Below, piece after piece: positions 56,214-64,000 of a stretch of 64,000 nucleotides of DNA; the stretch's first letter is position 1, and each line of letters starts with the position of its first letter. The position numbers were made by a program, and so were the translations under genes. Origin of the DNA: Eubacteriales bacterium (lineage in GTDB: Bacteria; Bacillota; Clostridia; Oscillospirales; CAG-272); contig JAZQLY010000033.1 in the NCBI GenBank assembly GCA_045543015.1, positions 32,293 through 96,292 of the forward strand, given 5' to 3'. A model generated the notes under the pieces. The model was not told the origin of the DNA, did not search any database, and saw only the letters and a list, made by a program, of their open reading frames with translations.

Positions 56214-58474
56214 CAGCTGCCCTCCTCCCGAACAACAAAATCATGCAAGAAACGGTCGATCACCTCTTCCGGGTTCAGCCGGTCTGCCACATAGGCGCGG
56301 CGAAGCAGCTCTGCCGGGATATAAGGGTCGAATTTGTCAAACGCAGGCATCTCGGTCGCGCCGACAAGGCTGTCTGCATCGACCCCCTGCGTAGAAAGCA
56401 GGTCGCGCAGGCGTGCAAGCAGGGCTTGCCCGTCACTCTGCCAGGCCTTGAAGGTCATATAGCAGCAGCCCTCACATTCCAGATCGCTGATGCCAAAGCG
56501 CTTGGCGTTTTGCAAAAGCAGGCGGCGCAGCGTGCGGAATGCGCGCGTACCAAGCCAGGGGAACAGGCAAAAGCTGCTACCACCAAGTGATACGAGCATG
56601 CTATGCTCCATGCCGGTATTTTTGGCCAGGTGTCTTGCCGTCTCCAGCCGGGCGGCGGCATTCGGCATCAGATACGGGTAATTCCGATCGCAGAACAGGA
56701 TCTCCCGCATTTTTTCAAGCAAGCGGGTATGGATCTCGCCGCTGTCGCCCGGCCAGGAGATTTCCATCTTCCCCTCTACCGGCTTGACGTAGATCAAGCG
56801 GCGGACAAGATCTGCCTCGGTCACCTCCCACACGCGCCCGGCAAGCGCAAAGCGGTCGCCTACCGGCGGCGGGTTGGTGATCGTACCGATCTCGTCAGAC
56901 TCACAGCGGACGGTATAGTCCTCACTATCCTTGAAGACAGCGTAAAACTTATAGCTGTTGATCACGCGCTCACCGCGCAGACCGATGATCAGCCCCTTTT
57001 CCTCGGTCATTTCGATCCACTCATTTTCCAGCATGGATAGCAGCAGCGTGCGATAATCTTCTTTTTTTACATGGATAAATGGAGGCAGACTCAAAATTCG
57101 CTCTGCCAGCGCCTTTGCCGTCAGCTCCCCGGAGGAGGCAAGCAGGCTGAGCGTTTGATGGAACAGCAGGCTAAAGGGCTGCCGCTTCACACGCGGCGGC
57201 TCAACGAACCGCTCACCCGTATACAGCTCCACGATCGCAATGGCACGCAGCAGCCCCCAAGGGATCAGCTGCGGCAGCGGGGTGTTTGGCAGGGGCGTTT
57301 CCTCGCGAAAGACCTCGATCATTTCCGGTGGGGCGCCACGGCGGCCGGAGCGGCCGAGCCGCTGCAAAAAGCCGGAGACAGAGGTGGGTGCATCGACCTG
57401 GGCTACCCGTTCCAGGCGGCCAATATCAATGCCCAGCTCCATGGTGACGGTGGCGCAGGTGACGGCGGTCTCATCCCCCTCCTTCATCTTGCGCTCAGCA
57501 TCCTCACGCAGGGCAGCAGAAAGGTTGCCGTGGTGGATGAGAAAAACGTCCTTTTCTTTACGCTTTTTGGCGATCTGCCGCAAAGTAGCTGTCACATATT
57601 CCGTTTCTTCGCGGGAATTAGAGAAGACCAAGGCACGCTTATCCTTAACGGCATCGTAGAGAAATTCATAGCCGGGGTCAAGCTGTGCATGGCCACCGCG
57701 CGCATCGGGCGCTGCCGTAGCCAATGCCGGATCCGGGCGTTGATCCTCTGCCGGGTTTTGTATATAAAAATGCTCAAAACCGAGCCGCCAGCGCAGCTTT
57801 TCCTTTTCCGGCGGGGCAACCTGCGTTTCCCTGCCGCTGCCGGCACCGAGCCAGGCGGCTGCCAGGGTGGGATCCCCGATCGTGGCGGAAAGGCCGATGC
57901 GGCGCGGCGAATGGCCGATCAGACGAGAAAGCCTGGAAAGCTGGCACAGGATCTGGTTGCCACGGTCTGCCCCGATCAGGGTATGGATCTCGTCCACGAT
58001 CACATATCGCAGAGAGCAAAAGAGGCGGATCACATCGCTGCCGCGTTTCATCAGCATGCTTTCGAGTGATTCCGGCGTGATCTGCAGAATGCCGCGCGGC
58101 TCGCGCAGCAGGCGCTCCTTTTGCGACATGCCAACGTCCCCATGCCAATGCGTCACGGGGATGCCGCTTTCGGCAAGCAGCTCCTCCATGCGGTAAAACT
58201 GATCGTTGATCAGGCTTTTCAGCGGCGCAACGTAGAGAACGGAAACGCTCTCCTGCACCGGGGGATGCTTACACAGATCGGCAAGGATGGGAAAAAAGGC
58301 AGCCTCTGTTTTGCCGGAGGCAGTAGCGCCGGTCAGGAGAAGATTGTCCTCGCTCTCAAGGATCACGCGGGCCGCAAACAATTGCGCACCACGCAGGCTC
58401 TCCCACCCGCGGCTGTAAATATACTCACGCACAAAGGGCGGAAAGGACTGAAAAACACGATCAGCCTCGGTCAT
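56213..58474 (-). CDS. sngC: Lhr-like SF2 DEAH-box helicase (Shango SngC-like)
   Basis: ATASGKT, APLKSL, TPESLE, DEIH, SAT, HHG, TMELGIDIG, QRLGRSGR; third gene of the TerB-ATPase-helicase trio. Confidence 0.82.
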   Translation of the reverse strand: MTEADRVFQSFPPFVREYIYSRGWESLRGAQLFAARVILESEDNLLLTGATASGKTEAAFFPILADLCKHPPVQESVSVLYVAPLKSLINDQFYRMEELLAESGIPVTHWHGDVGMSQKERLLREPRGILQITPESLESMLMKRGSDVIRLFCSLRYVIVDEIHTLIGADRGNQILCQLSRLSRLIGHSPRRIGLSATIGDPTLAAAWLGAGSGRETQVAPPEKEKLRWRLGFEHFYIQNPAEDQRPDPALATAAPDARGGHAQLDPGYEFLYDAVKDKRALVFSNSREETEYVTATLRQIAKKRKEKDVFLIHHGNLSAALREDAERKMKEGDETAVTCATVTMELGIDIGRLERVAQVDAPTSVSGFLQRLGRSGRRGAPPEMIEVFREETPLPNTPLPQLIPWGLLRAIAIVELYTGERFVEPPRVKRQPFSLLFHQTLSLLASSGELTAKALAERILSLPPFIHVKKEDYRTLLLSMLENEWIEMTEEKGLIIGLRGERVINSYKFYAVFKDSEDYTVRCESDEIGTITNPPPVGDRFALAGRVWEVTEADLVRRLIYVKPVEGKMEISWPGDSGEIHTRLLEKMREILFCDRNYPYLMPNAAARLETARHLAKNTGMEHSMLVSLGGSSFCLFPWLGTRAFRTLRRLLLQNAKRFGISDLECEGCCYMTFKAWQSDGQALLARLRDLLSTQGVDADSLVGATEMPAFDKFDPYIPAELLRRAYVADRLNPEEVIDRFLHDFVVREEGS

Positions 58475-58501
58475 GCCTTTTTTCACCTCGCTTTCGTTTT
58501 A

Positions 58502-59875
58502 TTAAAAATCCAAATCGACAGGATCAAATTTCCGTGTTTGTTTCTCGGCAGATGCCGTTTCAGCAGCTTTTTCTTCGTTTTGCTGCGGCGCGTCTGCCTT
58601 TTCTTCCCCGCTCAACAGATCAGCAAAGCGAAGGGCGGGATTTTCATGCAGGATGTTCAGCAGGGTCAGATAATCGCGTATGATCTCACGCGGGGTGACC
58701 AGCTCCTCCGCCCCTGCACGCGCAAGCGCGGCTTGCAAAAAGGTCACCATCTCCTCAGCGGTAACGGCATCCTGCCCGCCAACCTGCTCGGCATGCAGAT
58801 GCGTGAGCCGCGCGATCAGGGCAAGCAGCTCGTCATTTGACAGGCGGCGCAGACGGATGACGGGCGAGGAAAGCGTGGTATACCCCTGCTCTACAAAGCG
58901 ACTGTCCGCCAAGCGGCTGCGCAAGGCCTCGTAGCTGAATAGGCCACGGCGGGTATCCTCCAAAAACTGCGGCGTACCGCCAAAGATCACGCCAAGGCCG
59001 GCTGCACGCCCCTGCAGCGCATCGTTAAAGATGGCAAGCAGCTTTTCATAATTCGCCTCACGCGAGATGCGGTTGGGAATCTTATACAGATTCACACATT
59101 CGTCGATATACAGGATCAAGCCACGGTAGCCGAGGCGCACGGAAAGCAACGCCCACAGCTTGACAAAATCGTACCAGTTATCATCGTCAATGACCGTGCT
59201 GACCGAAAAGCCCAGCTCCCTCCTCGCCTCGGTCTTGCCGGCATATTCACCGCGCAGCCAACGCAGGCAGGCACTCATTTTATCCCGGTCATCGGTGGTC
59301 GAGGCGGCATAATACTCGCCCAGCACACGCGCAAAATCAAAGCCGCCAACGCCCCCCTCCAGCTCGGAAAGGGTGGCGTAGATCCTGGCACGCAGCTGCG
59401 TGGCAAATTCCTCCTGCTCCGGCAGAATGCCGGCGGCAGCCAGCTCGGTACACAGCATGGCGTAATGACGCGAGAGGATGACGGGCAACGCCCCGCCATC
59501 CGGCGCGGCGCGGGAGGCCAGATTGCGCATCAATTCCCGGTAGGTGGCCAGGCCGTAATCTGCCCCGCCGCACAAGCGCCGTTCAGGCGAAAGATCGGCA
59601 TCTGCCGTCAAAAAGCCCCGGTCAAGCGCGTAGCCGCGCATCAGCTGCAAAAGAAAGCTCTTGCCGCTGCCGTAACGGCCGATTAAGAAGCGGATAGCGG
59701 CACCGCCCTCGGCAACCGCCTCAAAGCCAGCAAGCAGGCTGGCGATCTCCTCCTGCCGCCCAATGGCGATATACGGCGCACCGGAGCGCGGCACAACCCC
59801 CGCCCCCAAAGAAGAAAGCAGCGTATTCAATATTCGTTTTGGTATTTTGACCGTCTCACGATTCAGCGTATCCAT
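58502..59875 (-). CDS. sngB: DUF2791/BrxD-type P-loop ATPase (Shango SngB-like)
   Basis: LGAGVVP...IGRQEE, Walker A GRYGSGKS, Walker B LILYIDE, SYEALRSRL, TPRE. Confidence 0.82.
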   Translation of the reverse strand: MDTLNRETVKIPKRILNTLLSSLGAGVVPRSGAPYIAIGRQEEIASLLAGFEAVAEGGAAIRFLIGRYGSGKSFLLQLMRGYALDRGFLTADADLSPERRLCGGADYGLATYRELMRNLASRAAPDGGALPVILSRHYAMLCTELAAAGILPEQEEFATQLRARIYATLSELEGGVGGFDFARVLGEYYAASTTDDRDKMSACLRWLRGEYAGKTEARRELGFSVSTVIDDDNWYDFVKLWALLSVRLGYRGLILYIDECVNLYKIPNRISREANYEKLLAIFNDALQGRAAGLGVIFGGTPQFLEDTRRGLFSYEALRSRLADSRFVEQGYTTLSSPVIRLRRLSNDELLALIARLTHLHAEQVGGQDAVTAEEMVTFLQAALARAGAEELVTPREIIRDYLTLLNILHENPALRFADLLSGEEKADAPQQNEEKAAETASAEKQTRKFDPVDLDF

Positions 59876-61488
59876 TGCGAGACCTCCTCCCGATACTCCT
59901 CTATCACGCGGTAGCCATCCGCCGTTCCATCCAGCACGATGTCACCCAGCATATCCAGCGCCTTTTCGTTGATCCCCTCGGCCAGCTGCGCCTCCATAAC
60001 GGATGCAGCCAGCAGAACGGCACGCACCCCTGCAGGATCACCGTCAAGCAGCATGGCAAGATAGGTCTTCTCCTCTTGGCTGAAGGGGCTGCCCCCTTCT
60101 TCTGCAGGTGGCTCGGCTTTCGGTGGCTGCTCTACCGCAGATGCGGCAAAAATGGCATCTGCCTTGTATTTTTGCTCGTTTTTTATTTCTTCAAAAATCT
60201 GCGCATCCTCCTCCGGCACCAGGATGCGGGTGTTCTCCCATGACAGACGCTCGATCTGCGCGGCGTTTTCAAAATTCACGCCGCTTGTTTTGGCTTCGTA
60301 CAGGTGCTCATAGGCCGGCTTCTCTTTTACGCGGGTCGGGGGCAAAATACTCTCCCCCTGCTGCGCAAAATAACGGTCGATCAGCAGACGAAGCTCCTCA
60401 TCAAAGGGAGGAACGGTCAAGCGGCTTTTCACCACCAGCAGACTGCGCAGCTTATTCTCGGCATATTTCACCGCAGCGGTAATGGCGGTGCGAACGGCAG
60501 ACACGTCCCGAACTGCGTAATATTCCACCTCAATGCGGCTTTTGATATTATGCGCACACAGCGAGCCGCAAAAGGCATCGTGCTTTTGATAGGAGCGTGC
60601 CGTTTCGGCAAACAGGCTGGAGTCTGAAAGCAGCCGCTCTACCGCCGGGGTAACGGCGGCCACGAGATGCTTTTCAAACAGATCGTGGTGCTGCGCGGCA
60701 TAGTGGCTATCCTGCCAGCGATAATCGCTGTAAAAGGCAAGCGCCATCTCTACCCCGTGCGGAGAAAAATCGCCCATGCCGCCGAGATAAAATTCCCGCA
60801 AGGAAACAAGCGGCAGCAGCTTTTTCAAAAAAGGGCGAACGGCCTCCTCCGGGCATGGCAGACCATGGATCAAGCAATAATCGCAGACCCACTCGGCCAT
60901 GAATTTATCAATGCGTGGAAAGCGGGAGCGGTACGCCGCCCAGGCGTTACACAGCAGTGTGACTCCATCTTTCGGATGGATAATTTCAGGCAGATTGATG
61001 ATCTCATATACATAGAGATAAAAATAGCTTTCCTCCGTCTGCAGGTATTCCCCGCGGCGCAAGGCAGAGCGCCAATAGAAATAATAGGCAAGCTGCGCCT
61101 CGGTCAGCTGGGCATATTGCGGAATATAGGAGAAGAAGGGCGCAAAGGGGCATTCCTCCCCCTCTACGGTAAGATACCGCTCTGCATCACGGCGGAAGTG
61201 ACTGTAAAAATTATACTCGCACCTGCGGCGGGTTATCCGCACGCGGCACAAAAGACGGTTGAAAGACGGTGTATATTCGCAGACCTCGGTGGCCGGGTCT
61301 GCCGGCGGCATGGTCAAGCGTTGCTCTTCCCGCTCGCCCTTTGCCGCATCATCACCCCCCGCGACCACCTCTGCCGTGCGGATGCCGGAGGAAAACGGCT
61401 TCATTTTAGAGGACTGCTTTTTGGCGGGAAGAAGCAGGTCAAGATCCCAAAAGGAATCCTTATCGCTATCGGCATATCCGATTCCCAT
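59863..61488 (-). CDS. sngA: TerB_N/TerB_C-domain protein (Shango SngA-like)
   Basis: FSYIPQYAQLT..QL.YYFYWR and YFYLYVYE (TerB_N-like); EGINEKALDMLGDIVL...EEY (TerB_C-like). Confidence 0.78.
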   Translation of the reverse strand: MGIGYADSDKDSFWDLDLLLPAKKQSSKMKPFSSGIRTAEVVAGGDDAAKGEREEQRLTMPPADPATEVCEYTPSFNRLLCRVRITRRRCEYNFYSHFRRDAERYLTVEGEECPFAPFFSYIPQYAQLTEAQLAYYFYWRSALRRGEYLQTEESYFYLYVYEIINLPEIIHPKDGVTLLCNAWAAYRSRFPRIDKFMAEWVCDYCLIHGLPCPEEAVRPFLKKLLPLVSLREFYLGGMGDFSPHGVEMALAFYSDYRWQDSHYAAQHHDLFEKHLVAAVTPAVERLLSDSSLFAETARSYQKHDAFCGSLCAHNIKSRIEVEYYAVRDVSAVRTAITAAVKYAENKLRSLLVVKSRLTVPPFDEELRLLIDRYFAQQGESILPPTRVKEKPAYEHLYEAKTSGVNFENAAQIERLSWENTRILVPEEDAQIFEEIKNEQKYKADAIFAASAVEQPPKAEPPAEEGGSPFSQEEKTYLAMLLDGDPAGVRAVLLAASVMEAQLAEGINEKALDMLGDIVLDGTADGYRVIEEYREEVSQWIR

Positions 61489-61523
61489 AAAGCACCCCTC
61501 CCTTTCGTTTCTTGTATCGTATT

Positions 61524-61645
61524 ATTGTAGCATATTTTTAATAGAATGTCAATTCTTTTTCAGGTGGAATTTCCTTCCCCCAAAATATTTTTCTCGCAAA
61601 AAAGCGAACGCGGGGATTGACACGCAACGAAACTCCTGCTATAAT
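61524..61645. promoter_or_regulatory. Back-to-back sigmaA promoters for the Shango-like operon (-) and rhaA (+)
   Basis: Minus: TTGACA-17-TACAAT (61552-61524). Plus: TTGACA-17-TATAAT (61617-61645). Both have extended -10 TG. Confidence 0.82.
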
Positions 61646-61677
61646 TACGACGATATGATTTTTTTGAAAGGAACATA

Positions 61678-62925
61678 ATGATGACACGTTTTGACAGTGC
61701 AAAAGAAAAATATGCCGCCCTCGGTGTTGACGTTGACCGTGCCCTTGCTGTACTTGCAGAAAAGGCCATCAGCATTCATTGCTGGCAGGGGGACGATGTT
61801 ATCGGCTTTGAAAACAGCGGTGAAGCGCTTTCCGGCGGTATTCAGACCACCGGCAACTACCCCGGCAAGGCACGCACCCCGGCCGAGCTGATGGCTGATT
61901 TTGACAAAGCAGCTTCCCTGATCCCCGGCAAGAAGCGCATCAACCTGCACGCCTCTTATGCGATCTTTAACGGTGAGCGCGTAGACCGCGACAAGCTGCA
62001 GCCCGCCCATTTTGATGCATGGATCGCCTACGCCAAGGAGCGCGGCTACGGCATTGACTTTAACCCCACCTGCTTCAGCCACCCAATGGTCAAGGACGGC
62101 CTTACCCTTTCCTCGCCCGACGAGACGGTACGCCGCTTCTGGATCGACCATTGCATTGCTTGCCGCCGCATTGCCGCCTATATTGCCAAGGAGCTGGGCT
62201 CCCCCGTTCTGAACAACGTATGGATCCCGGACGGATATAAGCACGTACCGGCTGACAGGATTGGCCCGCGCATGCGCCTGGCCGCCGCGCTGGACGAGAT
62301 CTTTGCCGAGAAGCTGGACGGCGTGATCGACTGTGTGGAGAGCAAGGTGTTCGGCATTGGCGTAGAATCCTACACCACGGGCTCCAACGAGTTTTACATG
62401 TCCTACGCCGCAAGCCACCCGGGCGTATACAACCTGCTGGACAACGGTCACTATCACCCCACCGAAATGGTTGGTGACAAGATCCCTGCCCTGCTGACCT
62501 TCTTTGACAAGGTGCCACTGCACGTCACGCACCCGGTACGCTGGGACTCTGACCACGTTGTTCTGCTGGATGACGAGGTAAAGGAGATCGCCACCGAGAT
62601 CGTGCGCTGCGACGCGATGGACAAGGTACTGATCGGTCTGGATTATTTTGATGCCTCGATCAACCGCGTGGCTGCATGGGTCATTGGTGCCCGCAACATG
62701 GAAAAGGCACTGCTGAACGCGCTGCTTATGCCGCACGCCAAGCTGAAGGCGCTGCAGGACAGCGGCAACTTTACCGAAATGATGATGCTGCAGGAGGAGT
62801 GCAAGACGCTGCCCTTCGGTGACATTTGGGAAAAGTACTGCGAGATGCAGGGCGTACCCGCCGATGCCTCTTGGTATGAAGAAATCCGCGCTTACGAAAA
62901 GAACGTGCTGTCTCTGAGAAAGTAA
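61678..62925 (+). CDS. rhaA: L-rhamnose isomerase
   Basis: SIHCWQGDDV, TGNYPG, NLHASY, NPTCFSHP, WIPDG, VESKVFGIG, GHYHPTE, VRWDSDH, LDYFDASINR. Confidence 0.95.
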   Translation: MMTRFDSAKEKYAALGVDVDRALAVLAEKAISIHCWQGDDVIGFENSGEALSGGIQTTGNYPGKARTPAELMADFDKAASLIPGKKRINLHASYAIFNGERVDRDKLQPAHFDAWIAYAKERGYGIDFNPTCFSHPMVKDGLTLSSPDETVRRFWIDHCIACRRIAAYIAKELGSPVLNNVWIPDGYKHVPADRIGPRMRLAAALDEIFAEKLDGVIDCVESKVFGIGVESYTTGSNEFYMSYAASHPGVYNLLDNGHYHPTEMVGDKIPALLTFFDKVPLHVTHPVRWDSDHVVLLDDEVKEIATEIVRCDAMDKVLIGLDYFDASINRVAAWVIGARNMEKALLNALLMPHAKLKALQDSGNFTEMMMLQEECKTLPFGDIWEKYCEMQGVPADASWYEEIRAYEKNVLSLRK

Positions 62926-62935
62926 TATAAAAAAC

Positions 62936-62979
62936 AAAATAACGGGATCCGTGCGGATACGCACGGATCCCGTTATTTT
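62936..62979. terminator. Bidirectional terminator between rhaA and the AraC gene
   Basis: 20-bp perfect stem AAAATAACGGGATCCGTGCG-GATA-CGCACGGATCCCGTTATTTT. Confidence 0.88.
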
Positions 62980-63887
62980 TCATTCCTTTGGCTGTTTGTT
63001 TTTTTCCCGTCCTCGGTCAGCCGCTCCGCATGCGCGGCACGGCGAAAGGCAGCCGGGGTAAACCCTTCAACGCTTTTAAAGAAGCGGATAAAATTATATT
63101 CGCAGGAAAAGTCAAGCCGCTCTGCAATGACGGAAAGGACCTCGCTACCGGAAAGCAGCATTTCTCTTGCAGCGGCGCAACGCTCACGCCGGATATACTG
63201 CAACGGCGTAACACCCTCTCCCTCTTCAAACATACGGGTAAACTGCCTCTCGGAAAGATGGACGAAGGCAGCCACCTCCCCTACCGAAATGGCGCGCATG
63301 CGGTTGTCGGTAATAAACTGCTTGGCGCGCAGAAGGCGGACGTCCTCCCGCAGATCACCGATGGCGGTTTTTTGCCTGCTTTCCATCAGCAGCGTGGCAA
63401 GCAGAAAAAGCGAATCTCGCATGCAGACGGGGGTCAGTGCATCTGCCCGTGCGGCAGCGGCATGCGTCAGCGAGATGGCTTGCGTCATTTCTTGTGAAAC
63501 GGGCAGGCATACCGGGATCTGTGACAGCGAAAAGCCGTGAGGCGCAAGATCCTTCAAGGAAACTGAAAAGGCAAAGGAGAACTTGGCGTAGTCCGGCGTG
63601 CAATGCGCAAGGCAATGCTCGGCCCCCGGCGGCAAAAGCAGATATCGCCCCTTGTCAAGCGTAAAGCTGCCACCATCCTTTAGTTCATAGGTCACCTCTC
63701 CCGCGAAGGGAAAATGCACCTCGTAAAATGCATGGCGATGCATCTGGTGGCTGATGCGGCGCAGATCCCTCGCGTAAAACTGCTTGCGGAACCAAAGCAG
63801 CTCCATATAAAACGGATCCTGCTTTGGGGGAATACAAATGCGGTTCAAAAGCCGCGCAACGGCAACCGAATCATCGTATAGTTCCAA
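62973..63887 (-). CDS. AraC-family transcriptional regulator with cupin domain
   Basis: MHRHAFYEVH cupin; AFVHLSERQFTRMF and FIRFFKSVEGFTP HTH. The promoter TTGACA-17-TAAGAT (63942-63914) overlaps the ORF-track start, so TTG 63887 is the likelier start. Confidence 0.9.
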   Translation of the reverse strand: MELYDDSVAVARLLNRICIPPKQDPFYMELLWFRKQFYARDLRRISHQMHRHAFYEVHFPFAGEVTYELKDGGSFTLDKGRYLLLPPGAEHCLAHCTPDYAKFSFAFSVSLKDLAPHGFSLSQIPVCLPVSQEMTQAISLTHAAAARADALTPVCMRDSLFLLATLLMESRQKTAIGDLREDVRLLRAKQFITDNRMRAISVGEVAAFVHLSERQFTRMFEEGEGVTPLQYIRRERCAAAREMLLSGSEVLSVIAERLDFSCEYNFIRFFKSVEGFTPAAFRRAAHAERLTEDGKKTNSQRNEK

Positions 63888-64000
63888 AAAAACCACCCCA
63901 TATCGTTTTTTATATCTTAGCACAAGCGCGGCAGATTGTCAAGCCAATGTCGCAAAATGACATTTTTGTGTCACCTGTCGACATTGACAGACACTACCCC

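Noticed and set aside
56213-59875. BREX system (BrxD-like ATPase plus helicase, nearby methylase)
   Set aside because: No pglZ, pglX or brxC; the adjacent methylase has no DNA-methylase catalytic motif; the TerB_N/C partner indicates Shango.
1236-63925. Recurring att(a/g)tagcac/attataccac motif in many intergenic regions
   Set aside because: It is the reverse complement of extended -10 promoters (TG-N-TATAAT) of minus-strand genes, not a dispersed repeat.

Overview
Chromosomal segment from a spore-forming Clostridia-class bacterium (Bacillota; moderately GC-rich coding DNA, near-consensus sigmaA promoters). Most genes lie on the minus strand. Left to right: (1) a COG0523/CobW-type metal GTPase with a His/Cys tandem repeat, cut off by the left edge; (2) housekeeping genes rsmI, tRNA m6A37 methylase, ferredoxin, ricT/PSP1, holB, PBP1A, truA, ecfA1A2T, SAM methylase, ruvC; (3) tRNA-Pro(UGG) followed by a ~140-nt highly structured element carrying inverted and direct copies of the tRNA 3' end; (4) a redox/sulfur islet (rhodanese, CoA-disulfide reductase-rhodanese, thioredoxin, Crp/Fnr); (5) VOC protein and aldo/keto reductase; (6) a 12.7-kb, 7-gene carbohydrate-uptake operon with a 1112-aa binding protein, two permease pairs, an NHL/TPR-YIP1 fusion and a 1074-aa DUF5696-type protein; (7) gltX, an orphan histidine kinase followed by a possible 8-codon response-regulator vestige, rpe, ispDF; (8) a reduced dcw cluster (mraZ to murG, then ftsZ) with an internal terminator and sigmaE-like promoter in front of spoVD; (9) PPi-PFK and a BspA-type LRR lipoprotein; (10) a Shango-like TerB/ATPase/Lhr-helicase trio coupled to methylase-hslO-vanZ; (11) rhaA and an AraC regulator. 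No CRISPR array, IS transposase, integrase or rRNA was seen. All product calls come from motif recognition, not database searches.
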